From assembly GCA_964416765.1 (NCBI GenBank), contig CAYQEU010000001.1:65675-129674 (forward strand): a stretch of 64,000 bases of DNA. The letters are read 5' to 3'. Numbering within the stretch: position 1 is the stretch's first letter; every line of letters begins with the position of its first letter. Below the pieces are notes generated by a model that was not told the origin of the DNA, did no database searches, and saw only the letters and a list, made by a program, of their open reading frames with translations. Both the position numbers and the translations under genes were made by a program. Below are positions 9,805 through 19,047 of the stretch, piece after piece. The DNA is from an uncultured Candidatus Saccharibacteria bacterium. GTDB taxonomy: Bacteria; Patescibacteriota; Doudnabacteria; UBA920.

Positions 9805-10692
9805 TTATGTCAGGTAATATTCACTCGCGGTTCCAGCTGAAATCGCTCCCGCGATTTCAAGTGTGGTGAGTGCAGCCACGGTTTGGGCCTTGCTTTGTCC
9901 GGCCTGTTCGCAAGAGGCGATAATCTCATCGGCGGCGGCCGTTCCGCCCTGGATACATTGTAACACTAGTTGTTCAGGTGCCGTAAAATTTTGCTGCATT
10001 TTTGCCGCGCGGCCACGTCCGAGCTTGCCATCAATCAAGTTTAAATCCTTTAGCACATCAACCCCGCTTTGCACGGGAACACCGCCGCGTGCCAGCAGTA
10101 AATTGGTACCCACGCTGGTTGGGCTGAAGATAGATCCGGGCACGGCGTACACTCCGCGGTTTTCATCCCGCGCATACCTGGCGGTCATGAGCGCCCCGCT
10201 CCGTGCTTCGCACTCGACCACTACTGTACCCACGCACAGGCCGGCGATAATCCGGTTGCGCGCCAGGAAACTGCTCGGGTAAATCCTGCTGCCGGTCGGC
10301 ATTTCGGAAACCACTAACCCCTGGGCGGCAATTTCCTCTGCCAACCTTTCGTGACCGCGCGGGTACACGGAATTGCCATCAACTCCGCCGGGAACCACCG
10401 CTATAGTCAGGCCGCCGCATTCCAGAGCCGCGCGGTGGGCAGCCGCATCGACGCCATAAGCCAAGCCGGATACTATTGTGGCGCCGTACTCCACCAGCTC
10501 TTTCACAATTTTTTGCGTTGCCAGAATTCCATAGCGGCTGGCTCTCCTGGTGCCGACAACGGCAACGCAGGGGCCGTCGTTCAGCAGGGGAATGTTGCCC
10601 CGGCAATACAACCAGTCCGGCGGGCTCGCAATTTCTTCCAACAAGGCCGGATACTCCACGTCGCCCTGTTCAATAACCTCTATTATCTCCAT
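9805..10692 (-). CDS. dprA: DNA-processing protein DprA
   Basis: VAVVGTR, IVSGLAYGVDAAAH, FLARNRIIAGL, SGALMTA, AVPGSI; dprA-topA synteny. Confidence 0.96.
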   Translation of the reverse strand: MEIIEVIEQGDVEYPALLEEIASPPDWLYCRGNIPLLNDGPCVAVVGTRRASRYGILATQKIVKELVEYGATIVSGLAYGVDAAAHRAALECGGLTIAVVPGGVDGNSVYPRGHERLAEEIAAQGLVVSEMPTGSRIYPSSFLARNRIIAGLCVGTVVVECEARSGALMTARYARDENRGVYAVPGSIFSPTSVGTNLLLARGGVPVQSGVDVLKDLNLIDGKLGRGRAAKMQQNFTAPEQLVLQCIQGGTAAADEIIASCEQAGQSKAQTVAALTTLEIAGAISAGTASEYYLT

Positions 10693-10754
10693 AAAACCCC
10701 CATAAACCCTCCTTTTATTGATAAATGCCCTAAATAGGCCTAAATCCTACCGCC

Positions 10755-10783
10755 TTGACAAAAAGGCGATTTAGGTGTATAAT
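10755..10783 (+). promoter_or_regulatory. Consensus sigma70 promoter with no downstream + strand ORF
   Basis: TTGACA (10755-10760), 17 nt, TATAAT (10778-10783). Confidence 0.85.
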
Positions 10784-10789
10784 TATGAA

Positions 10790-10990
10790 TACAGTTTGGA
10801 CAGTATTTTAGCGGTTTGTGTCCGCTATCCTACTTACAAGTTGCGAAAGCAGGTATCATCCCTCCTATTACTTGCTAGTAGCAATCAAGTAAAGATTCAA
10901 AGGCGTCTGTCTTTAGTCTTTCACTTGTAAGTGGGGTAGCTGATACAAAATAAAAAATCCCTCGTCTATATTAGTAGGCGAGGGGTTATT
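10790..10990 (+). ncRNA. Putative structured non-coding RNA of unknown family
   Basis: Perfect promoter upstream. Closing stem 10815-10841/10923-10949 pairs at 26 of 27 positions, with 3 G-U pairs valid only on the + strand. Internal hairpins; terminator hairpin at 10959-10984. Confidence 0.65.
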
Positions 10991-11528
10991 TTTCTAAAAA
11001 TAGCTCTATTTTTTCATCAACCTGGGGGAGGACATCGTCCTCGAGCTTTTTGCGTTCTTCCGGAGTGAAGTTTTCCAGCACGAACGCGTCGGTGGGCATG
11101 TGCTCGCGGCTTTCCCGTGTCTCAACTCCTATCCTCAACCGGTGGAAGTTTTGGCTGGACAGCGCTTCAATGATGCTTTTCACCCCATTGTGACCGGCGG
11201 CCGATGAGTCGCTGTTTTCCCTGATGGTGCCGAATGGCAAATCCACTTCATCGTGGATGACCAGGAGGTTTTCCGCGATGGAAACTTTGTAGAAGTTAAG
11301 CGCGGCGGTGACAGCTTTGCCTGACTCATTCATGTAAGTCTGGGGTTTGATGAAAATTATTCGTTCGTTTTCTATGGTCACGCTGGCGATGTGGGAATCA
11401 AAGTTGTTTTCCCAGCGCACTTCCGCGTGGCTGTCCCGCAGGAAATGGTCCAGAGCCAAAAACCCGACGTTATGGCGGGTGTGCTCGTACTTTTGTCCGG
11501 GATTACCGAGTCCGACAATGAGTTTCAT
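10986..11528 (-). CDS. pth: Peptidyl-tRNA hydrolase
   Basis: LIVGLGNPG..Y..TRHNVGF, KPQTYMNESG, HDEVDL, AGHNGVKS, RLRIGV. Confidence 0.97.
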   Translation of the reverse strand: MKLIVGLGNPGQKYEHTRHNVGFLALDHFLRDSHAEVRWENNFDSHIASVTIENERIIFIKPQTYMNESGKAVTAALNFYKVSIAENLLVIHDEVDLPFGTIRENSDSSAAGHNGVKSIIEALSSQNFHRLRIGVETRESREHMPTDAFVLENFTPEERKKLEDDVLPQVDEKIELFLEK

Positions 11529-11614
11529 GTCGGTAGTATAGCAGGGAAGTGGGTGCGGTCAAAACATTAACGATGGCCGCAGGTAAGTCATGATAGAATA
11601 AACATAGATACAAT

Positions 11615-13381
11615 ATGCAAGTTTTAACCAAGCAGACATTAAGAATATATTGGCAACATGTCCGGAAGTATAGAGGGCATTTTTTTGTGATACTCGGCGG
11701 CGTTATTTTAACCGCCTCGATTGAACTTTACTTCCCGTTTGTCTACAAATACATTTTCGACACCCTCGCCGGTGGCGGCAGTGAAACTTGGCCGCACCTG
11801 CGCAACGCCATCGCGCTGTTTGCGCTTTTGGGCATAATGAACTGGATGACCTGGCGCATGGTAACTTTTGTTAACAACCGGTTCCAGCCGCGGGTCATGG
11901 CCGACTTAATGAACACCTGTTTCGAATACGTGCAGGCCCATTCTTATGGGTTCTTTAGCGATAACTTCGTGGGCAGCCTGGTGGCAAAAATCCGCCGTTA
12001 CCCACGTTCATTCGAGACCATTGCCGACCAGATCTGTTTTGACCTGGGACGCAACCTGTTTTTGCGGGTGACACTGATTACCATCGCGCTTACGATTTAC
12101 TCCTGGCGGATTGGTTTGATGGTGTTTGTCTGGGCGCTGTTGTTTGTGCTGTTTAACTACTTGTTTTCGCTGTACAAACTGAAGTACGACATCCAGCGGT
12201 CGGCCATGGATACTGAAATTACCGCCCAGCTCGCCGACACTGTCACCAACAACATCAACCTAAAATTGTTCTCCTCTTCCTGGCGAGAATTCCTGACTTT
12301 TGGGCGAATAATGGAACGCTGGAACAAAATCCAGCGCTGGACCTGGGACCTGGGCGCTACCGCTGACGCGGTACAGGGCGGCTTTATGGTAATTTTGGAA
12401 GTCGCGGTTTTGTGGGTGGGCGTGTACTACTGGAGGATTGGCAAGTTTACCGTGGGTGACCTGGCCCTGCTGCAGGGTTACATGTTCCAGATTTTTGACA
12501 ACCTCTACAACGTTGGCCGCAACATTCGCAACTTGTATGAAGCCGTGGCTGACGCCAATGAGATGACTGAAATCCTCGTGCACAAGCATGAGTTGACCGA
12601 CGCGCCCGGGGCTACCAAATTAAGCGCGGTGCGCGGCGACATTGAATTCAATAACGTTACGTTCCGCTACAAGAACAACTCCAATATTTTCACCGGGTTC
12701 AATTTGAAAATCCCTGCGGGACAAAAAGTGGCTTTGGTGGGAACTTCCGGCGGCGGTAAATCAACCGTGGTAAAATTGCTGCTTCGCTTCTACGACCTGC
12801 AGTCCGGGAAGGTTTTGATTGACGGCCAAGACATTAGCCAGGTGACGCAGGACAGCTTGCGTGACCAAATTGCTTTGGTGCCTCAGGAACCAATTTTATT
12901 CCACCGGCCGATTATGGAAAACATCCGCTACGCCCGGCCTTCAGCCACTGATGAGGAAGTGGTGCGGGCCGCGAAGCTCGCGCACTGCCATGAATTCGTA
13001 TCCGGCTTTGCTGAAGGCTACGCCACCATGGTGGGGGAGCGTGGAATCAAGTTGTCCGGCGGGGAAAGACAGCGCGTGGCGATTGCCCGCGCCATCCTTA
13101 AAGGCGCGCCGATCCTGGTTTTGGATGAGGCGACATCTTCGCTCGACTCGGAATCGGAATATTACATCCAGGATGCTTTACACAATCTGATGCGCGGCAA
13201 GACCACCATTGTCATTGCCCACCGCCTCTCTACTATTATGCAAATGGACCGCATCATAGTTCTTGATGGCGGCCGGATTATTGAGGAGGGCAAACACGAA
13301 GAACTGGTTAAAGCCCAAAGCGGTACTTACCAAAAACTCTGGCATATCCAGGCTGGCGGATTCAGCGGCGCTGAAGCCTAA
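11615..13381 (+). CDS. ABC exporter, fused permease and ATPase (MsbA/Atm1-like)
   Basis: N-terminal TM domain; Walker A GTSGGGKST, LSGGERQR signature, LVLDEATS, IAHRLST. Confidence 0.93.
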   Translation: MQVLTKQTLRIYWQHVRKYRGHFFVILGGVILTASIELYFPFVYKYIFDTLAGGGSETWPHLRNAIALFALLGIMNWMTWRMVTFVNNRFQPRVMADLMNTCFEYVQAHSYGFFSDNFVGSLVAKIRRYPRSFETIADQICFDLGRNLFLRVTLITIALTIYSWRIGLMVFVWALLFVLFNYLFSLYKLKYDIQRSAMDTEITAQLADTVTNNINLKLFSSSWREFLTFGRIMERWNKIQRWTWDLGATADAVQGGFMVILEVAVLWVGVYYWRIGKFTVGDLALLQGYMFQIFDNLYNVGRNIRNLYEAVADANEMTEILVHKHELTDAPGATKLSAVRGDIEFNNVTFRYKNNSNIFTGFNLKIPAGQKVALVGTSGGGKSTVVKLLLRFYDLQSGKVLIDGQDISQVTQDSLRDQIALVPQEPILFHRPIMENIRYARPSATDEEVVRAAKLAHCHEFVSGFAEGYATMVGERGIKLSGGERQRVAIARAILKGAPILVLDEATSSLDSESEYYIQDALHNLMRGKTTIVIAHRLSTIMQMDRIIVLDGGRIIEEGKHEELVKAQSGTYQKLWHIQAGGFSGAEA

Positions 13382-13456
13382 GTGAAATAAGATAAATAAA
13401 ATAAGACCCTTCTCCAATCCATTCACTAGCGTCAGGGATTTCCGAAGGGCCTTATT

Positions 13457-14776
13457 TTATTTTTTATCTTTGCCTTTAAGCTTTAGTAAAACTGGGGTGC
13501 CCCAGAAGCCGAGGTCTTTGGCGATGAGGTTTCTAAGATAGCTGCGGTATTGCTGGGAGATAGTGGCGGCTAGGTTAACCTGCAATTGGAAGGTAGGGGG
13601 GTCAACGTCAATCTGGGTGAGGCCAATGACTTTTGGTTGGCGCTGGTCGCGCAGGAGTTTGGGAGGGTTATGGGTTAAGCTGTTGCGTAGAACCCGGTCT
13701 ATATCTTCCTGGTCAGCCACTTTCTTGCGGTTTTCATAAATCGGCTTGATTGCCGCAACTACCTCATTTATGTTTTCACCTTTTTCAGCAGAAATGAAAA
13801 TCAACGGGCTGTACCATAGGAACGGGAAGTGGTATGAAATATGGTCGCGCAGACGCTCTTCGCTACCGTCATAAGCGTCCATTTTGTTTACCACTATAAT
13901 ACAGCCTTTTTCCATGTTCGCGATGTCGGCGGCAATGTGCTGGTCCTGCTTGCTAATGGGCTCCAGCGCGTTGATGACCAAGATGGACACATCACTGCGG
14001 CGGATGCTTTTGAAAGTCTGGAAGCTGGAATATACATCCGGCAGTTTCTGGTTGTTGTTTTTCCGCTTCAGTCCGGCGGTGTCAATAAAGTTATAGTCCA
14101 CGCCGTTGATTTTGGTGTGGGTATCTATGGAAGTGCGCGTGGTACCGGGAATTGAGGAAACCACGACGCGCTTTTGTTTAAGGATGGCGTTGAGTAGGCT
14201 GCTTTTGCCGACGTTTGGTTTTCCGACAATGGAAACGCTGATGGAATTTTCCGGTTTTGGGGGCAAAGTTTTTTCCGGTGGCAGAGCTTCAACCGCAGCA
14301 TCGAGCATGTCCCCCAGGCCACGGCCGGTAAGGGCGGAAATACCAAAAATCTTTTTAAGGCCCATGGACTGGAAATCGGCAATCACCTGGTCTTGTTTCT
14401 TGGGGGAGTCGAGTTTGTTAATCGCCAGGATAATGGGTTTTTGAATTTTGCGGAATTTGAGTAAAGTCTTGCGGTCAATTTGTTCCGGTCGGGTTTTTCC
14501 GTCCACCACAAACACAATTACATCCGCTTCATCCACGGCAATGTTGATCTGTTCGAGGAGGGCGATTTCAAGTTCACCAGTTTCATAATCTAATCCGGCG
14601 GTATCAACCATGCTAAATTCGCGTCCATTCCAAGTGGAATCTACATATTGACGGTCGCGCGTGGTACCGGCTACCGGGGAGGTAACGGCAAAGCGGCGCC
14701 CGGCAATTTTGTTCATTAAAGTGGACTTGCCGGCATTTGGTTGCCCAACAAGCGCGATTAAGGGTAAGTCTTGCAT
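13457..14776 (-). CDS. der: Ribosome biogenesis GTPase Der (EngA)
   Basis: Two tandem G domains (GQPNAGKST/DTAG/NKLD and GKPNVGKSS/DTAG/NKMD) and a KH-like C-terminus ending FWGTPV. Confidence 0.96.
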   Translation of the reverse strand: MQDLPLIALVGQPNAGKSTLMNKIAGRRFAVTSPVAGTTRDRQYVDSTWNGREFSMVDTAGLDYETGELEIALLEQINIAVDEADVIVFVVDGKTRPEQIDRKTLLKFRKIQKPIILAINKLDSPKKQDQVIADFQSMGLKKIFGISALTGRGLGDMLDAAVEALPPEKTLPPKPENSISVSIVGKPNVGKSSLLNAILKQKRVVVSSIPGTTRTSIDTHTKINGVDYNFIDTAGLKRKNNNQKLPDVYSSFQTFKSIRRSDVSILVINALEPISKQDQHIAADIANMEKGCIIVVNKMDAYDGSEERLRDHISYHFPFLWYSPLIFISAEKGENINEVVAAIKPIYENRKKVADQEDIDRVLRNSLTHNPPKLLRDQRQPKVIGLTQIDVDPPTFQLQVNLAATISQQYRSYLRNLIAKDLGFWGTPVLLKLKGKDKK

Positions 14777-14782
14777 AGCGGT

Positions 14783-16201
14783 TTAGTTACTGCCCGAGCC
14801 GATAATCATAATAAGGTCGGCCTTTTCTTTGCTGACTTTCACTCCTGGTGGGGGAAGGGTGACTTCGCTGGCGCTAAAAGTATCTTTGATGAATTGGAGG
14901 GTACCTGGCTTGTCGTTGATTTCGTACACCACGGTTTGGGTTAGCGGAGTGCCGCTGTAGGTGAACTGCACCACGGTTACGCCCTGGCTGGTAAGCTGTT
15001 TGGCTACCGTGGAATACTGGCGGCCGCCCTTGGTGGAATCGGCCAGCCAAATGACGCTCTTTTCCGAAGATAGTTTGGAGGTGTTGAAACTATTTTGGAA
15101 AAAGTCGCGGATATCAGAGGAGGATTTGCCATCGCAGGCCGTTAGGATATACGCGCCGCTGGCTTCGTCTTTGCCGTCGCACACGAGACCGGTGCTTGGG
15201 TCGAGGCTCAGGGAAGTAATTTGGTCCTTGGACCAGTCGTGGCCGATTTCATACAGACGAAACATTTCGGCGAGGCTTAAGTTGGTATGGAAATGGTCGC
15301 CCAAAACATCCAAAAGCTGGTTAACCTTGCCGCTGTCGCTGACCAGGTTTAACTGGACGACTTTCGTTTTGAAAGCCTGCAACATTTTTTGCTGGCGCAC
15401 GCCGCGGGCAAAGTCAGTTCCTTCCGGGCCTGCCGCGTGGCGGGAGCGCGCGTAAATCAAAGCGCGGGTTCCGTTCATGTGCTCGTCTCCTTCTTTGAAA
15501 GTGACAGCCGGAATGTACCCGTTCTTGTTGTCGGGGTAAGTGTAGTCGGTAAAAGTCCTGTCCACGTGGATGTCGACGCCTTCGACCAGGTCAATTCCTT
15601 TCTGGAATCCCTGGAAGTCCACAACCGCGAAGTAGGGGATGTCGAGACCGGTAACCTTTTCCACGGTTTCGCGGGCATAGCGTCCGGCAGTATCAAAATT
15701 TTTCCCATCGGCAAACCCATCAGCGAACGCGGAGTTTATTTTTGCCCAGCCATAACCATTTCCGATTTGGACAAAGTAATCGCGGGGGATGGAAATCATG
15801 GTGGCCTTTTTGTCACCGGGCCGGATTTGCGCCACTATAATACTGTCAGAGAGGTAAGGGCCGTCATGGCCTTCGCCGCCAATTCCAAGCAACAGGACAT
15901 TAACCTGGCCGTTGCTTTCGCCTTGGAGCTTGGTGCCACCGAGCAGTTGGCCCACCTGTCCGAGCAAGCCGGTTTTTTGCCCGACAAAAATTTTGTTGGT
16001 CAGGTTCTGGGCCCGGGCAAATATGAAGATGCCCAGCCCGACAATAACCACGCCAATAATAATTAAAAGCGCCTTCAGGATGGGGTGCTTTTTTTTCGGG
16101 ACTTGAAACCCATGGTAATTTTCCTGGCGGGTTTCTTGTGAGCTAATTTTGGGACCTTCTACCGTGGTTGAGCGATGGTTTCTGGAATCAGGATTATTCA
16201 T
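14783..16201 (-). CDS. LCP (LytR-CpsA-Psr) family cell-wall glycopolymer transferase with LytR_C-like C-terminus
   Basis: TM helix; NVLLLG, SDSI, ISIPRD, KINSA, YARSRH, DFARGVRQQ. Start moved to 16201 because the track's ATG overlaps a TATAAT -10 box. Confidence 0.92.
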   Translation of the reverse strand: MNNPDSRNHRSTTVEGPKISSQETRQENYHGFQVPKKKHPILKALLIIIGVVIVGLGIFIFARAQNLTNKIFVGQKTGLLGQVGQLLGGTKLQGESNGQVNVLLLGIGGEGHDGPYLSDSIIVAQIRPGDKKATMISIPRDYFVQIGNGYGWAKINSAFADGFADGKNFDTAGRYARETVEKVTGLDIPYFAVVDFQGFQKGIDLVEGVDIHVDRTFTDYTYPDNKNGYIPAVTFKEGDEHMNGTRALIYARSRHAAGPEGTDFARGVRQQKMLQAFKTKVVQLNLVSDSGKVNQLLDVLGDHFHTNLSLAEMFRLYEIGHDWSKDQITSLSLDPSTGLVCDGKDEASGAYILTACDGKSSSDIRDFFQNSFNTSKLSSEKSVIWLADSTKGGRQYSTVAKQLTSQGVTVVQFTYSGTPLTQTVVYEINDKPGTLQFIKDTFSASEVTLPPPGVKVSKEKADLIMIIGSGSN

Positions 16202-16317
16202 GATAAATGCAAAATACCCAAGCATTATACCCGAAAAACCCGTACCTTGCCAACTTTAGCGCAGCTTTGTTATAGTTTGAATGTTATATATAAATTCTTG
16301 CCCGGAGAAAGGGGATT

Positions 16318-16959
16318 ATGGACGAAAAAAACACACAAATAAAATATGAAGAAGGGCGTGACAGTGCGGCTGCGTACCTAGAAGCTGAGCAGACAGACAG
16401 CGGCGCATCATTGGGCAGTTTCGTAACTGACCTAGTCAAAGTCGTTATTGTTGCCATCATTGCCATGCTGTTGTTCCGCTATTTCGTGGCGGAACCTTTC
16501 ATTGTTTCCGGCACCTCCATGGTCCCGACATACCAGAATCACCAGTATCTCGTCATAAACAAAATGACTTACCGTTTCCATAAGCCGGAACGTGGTGATG
16601 TAATCGTGTTCCGCTACCCGCAGAATACCAAGGAATTTTTCATCAAGCGGGTGATTGGCCTGCCAGGTGAAAAAGTTAAGGTAGACAGCGGTCATGTGGT
16701 TGTATACAACAATGACCACCCGGAGGGAAAAGTACTCGATGAACCCTATTTACCGAGCCAGGACATCACTTTTGGTGACAGCAAAATAACCACTCTCGGG
16801 TCTGACGAATACTACGTGCTGGGAGACAACCGCCTGCAGTCCAGCGATTCCCGCCTATGGGGTGTTTTGCCATCAGACGACATCGTCGGCAAGGTGTTGG
16901 TTCGCGTGTTCCCCCCACAGGATTTTAAGTTCATAACTGACCCGACTTACCAGTTTTAA
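16318..16959 (+). CDS. lepB: Signal peptidase I
   Basis: SGTSMVPT (catalytic Ser), RGDVIVF, FIKRVIGLPGE (catalytic Lys), GDNR..S.DSR.WG. Confidence 0.96.
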   Translation: MDEKNTQIKYEEGRDSAAAYLEAEQTDSGASLGSFVTDLVKVVIVAIIAMLLFRYFVAEPFIVSGTSMVPTYQNHQYLVINKMTYRFHKPERGDVIVFRYPQNTKEFFIKRVIGLPGEKVKVDSGHVVVYNNDHPEGKVLDEPYLPSQDITFGDSKITTLGSDEYYVLGDNRLQSSDSRLWGVLPSDDIVGKVLVRVFPPQDFKFITDPTYQF

Positions 16960-16989
16960 ACTGGTAGGCTCTGGGTTTAAGGCTTCGCT

Positions 16990-18261
16990 TTGAAAAAAAC
17001 TTCCCCGACCCCGAAAGTATCCGGTATCGCCGGAGCTAAAGACGTAATTACCCAAACCGACCCCATCGGAAACTTGATGCTAAAGAGTTTCCAGAAGGTC
17101 GGTCGTGTTTATGGTTTCCTCCGAGTCGAAACTCCGATCTTAGAAGACGCCCAGTTGTATAAAAATTTTGCCAAAGATACTGCCGAGAGCGGACAGGACT
17201 CGCTTGCTATCCCCGTCGGTCCGCATAATTACAGCGTCCGTTCCGCGATGCTCCCTTCGGTGCTGCGCGCTTACGCGCAAAGGAAAACTGACGAAACTGA
17301 AGTACTGGCCAAGTGGCATTATTTGGGTAACGTGGTCCGTCAGGACGAGAACAAAGGCTGGGTTTCCGATTATGAATACGGTCTGGAAACTTTGGGGGTG
17401 TTCAACCACCTCACTGAAGCGCAGACCATTGCCGCGGTTTGGCATTTTGTCCAGGAACTTGGCCTCGCCGACGCGACTTTGGAAATAAACACCATTGGCG
17501 ACAGCGCGTGCCAACAGGCTTATGAAAGTGTGCTAAAGACTTACCTCAAGGAAAATGATTTTAACCTGTGCGATAACTGCAAGGAACAGATTAAGCACCG
17601 CTCGTTAAACGTTCTGCGCTGCACGGAGGAATCCTGCCAAAACGTGGCAGCCGGCGCTCCGGCCGTGCTCGACTTTTTGGATGAGGTAACCCACAAGCAC
17701 TTTACTAATATTCTTGAAGCACTGGACGAGCTCGCTATCCCTTACCAGCTTAACCCGCTCTATGTCGGTCGGGAAGGACTTTGCAAAACCAACGTTATTA
17801 TCCGTTACAAGAGCGGCAAAGAAACGGTGACTTTAGGTGAAGCCGGTTACCACGACATGATATTGAAAAACCTGGGGGGCAAAGGCTTGTCGGGGTTTGG
17901 ATTCGTCGGGAGTTTTGCTGCCATCCGCCGGGCTTTGGAACTCGCCGCCATCGAAGCCGAAAACAGTTACCGTACCGAAGTTTACCTGGTCCCGCTAGGG
18001 GAGTTGGCCGCCAAGAAAAGCCTGCGCTTGTTCCGTGACCTGATTGCGGAAGACGTCCAGGTGTATGACCACTTCGGCGCCGCCGGGGTAAAAAATCAGC
18101 TTAAACAGGCCGAAGCATCCAAATCTCCGATTGCCCTGATCATGGGCCAGAAGGAAGCCATGGATGAAATGGTTATCTTGCGTGACGTCAAAAGCGGCAT
18201 GCAGGAAGTTTTCTCTTACGACAAAATTGTCGTTGAGGTCAAAAAGCGCCTCGGCCGCTAA
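16990..18261 (+). CDS. Histidyl-tRNA synthetase paralog, catalytically degenerate, with intact anticodon-binding domain
   Basis: HisRS layout (YGF..VETPILE, Cys-rich insertion LCDNC...LRCTEESC, conserved C-terminal domain), but the RPEGT, RGLDYY, GGRYD and motif-3 Arg signatures are replaced. TTG start is uncertain. Confidence 0.8.
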   Translation: MKKTSPTPKVSGIAGAKDVITQTDPIGNLMLKSFQKVGRVYGFLRVETPILEDAQLYKNFAKDTAESGQDSLAIPVGPHNYSVRSAMLPSVLRAYAQRKTDETEVLAKWHYLGNVVRQDENKGWVSDYEYGLETLGVFNHLTEAQTIAAVWHFVQELGLADATLEINTIGDSACQQAYESVLKTYLKENDFNLCDNCKEQIKHRSLNVLRCTEESCQNVAAGAPAVLDFLDEVTHKHFTNILEALDELAIPYQLNPLYVGREGLCKTNVIIRYKSGKETVTLGEAGYHDMILKNLGGKGLSGFGFVGSFAAIRRALELAAIEAENSYRTEVYLVPLGELAAKKSLRLFRDLIAEDVQVYDHFGAAGVKNQLKQAEASKSPIALIMGQKEAMDEMVILRDVKSGMQEVFSYDKIVVEVKKRLGR

Positions 18262-18325
18262 AATCTCTAGATTTGACCAAACGGCCGAAATCTATTATAG
18301 TTATTTGAGAAATGAGGTGAATTTA

Positions 18326-18562
18326 ATGGTAGAAGTTAAGAAAAAAGATAACGAATCATTTGAAAATTTACTTCGCCGCTTCCAGCGTAAGATCCAGCAG
18401 AGCGGCGTTTTAGTTCGTGCCCGAAAAACCCGTTTCTTTGAGCCGACTAAGAGCCGCAACCTGCAGCGTTCCGCCGCACAGCGCCGTTCCGTGATGCGCG
18501 CCACTCGTGAAGAAATGAAGAAGCTGGGCAAACCGGTTAAAACTGGCAAGTTCCGCAGATAA
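18326..18562 (+). CDS. rpsU: 30S ribosomal protein S21
   Basis: MVEVKKKDNESFENLLRRFQRKIQQSGVL; GAGGTGA RBS; rpsU-yqeY synteny. Confidence 0.9.
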   Translation: MVEVKKKDNESFENLLRRFQRKIQQSGVLVRARKTRFFEPTKSRNLQRSAAQRRSVMRATREEMKKLGKPVKTGKFRR

Positions 18563-18596
18563 CACCCGCTAAACTCAGGAAATTTAAAATAAAACT

Positions 18597-19040
18597 ATGG
18601 CCAAACTTTCTGACATCGAAGCAGATACTCACGCCGCACTAAAAGCGAGAGATTCTCTCACTGCTGATACCTTGCGCGGCCTTAAAACCAGAATCCAAAA
18701 TGAAACCATCGCCCAAGGCCATGAACTCTCGGAAGAAGAGATCACGGCCTTGGTTGCGTCTGAGGTAAAACGCCGAAAGGAATCGGTCGACGCTTTTGAA
18801 AAAGGCGGCCGGCCCGAGCTGGCGGAGAAGGAGCAAGCAGAAATCGCACTGCTCCAGAAATACCTGCCTGCCCAGGCCAGCGAGGATGAGATCCGCGCCG
18901 CGGCCCAGGCCTTAATCGCCGAACACGGCTGGTCCAGTAAGAAAGATTTTGGCCAGGCTATGGGTGCGTTAAAAGCGAAGTTTGGCGCTTCGGCAGACGG
19001 CAGCGTCCTTTCAAAAATCCTTCAAGAACACTTGAGCTAA
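18597..19040 (+). CDS. yqeY: GatB/YqeY domain protein
   Basis: KRRKES..F..GGR.ELAEKE..EI..L..YLP, FGQAMG, ADG. Confidence 0.92.
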   Translation: MAKLSDIEADTHAALKARDSLTADTLRGLKTRIQNETIAQGHELSEEEITALVASEVKRRKESVDAFEKGGRPELAEKEQAEIALLQKYLPAQASEDEIRAAAQALIAEHGWSSKKDFGQAMGALKAKFGASADGSVLSKILQEHLS

Positions 19041-19047
19041 ATACCAA

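Noticed and set aside
13395-13461. Long hairpin between the ABC exporter and der as a separate ncRNA
   Set aside because: It has no promoter and lies between convergent genes with A/T-rich flanks; a terminator is the simplest explanation.
16990-18261. Calling the HisRS paralog HisZ or a pseudogene
   Set aside because: It keeps the anticodon-binding domain that HisZ lacks, no his biosynthesis genes are nearby, and the frame is intact at full length.
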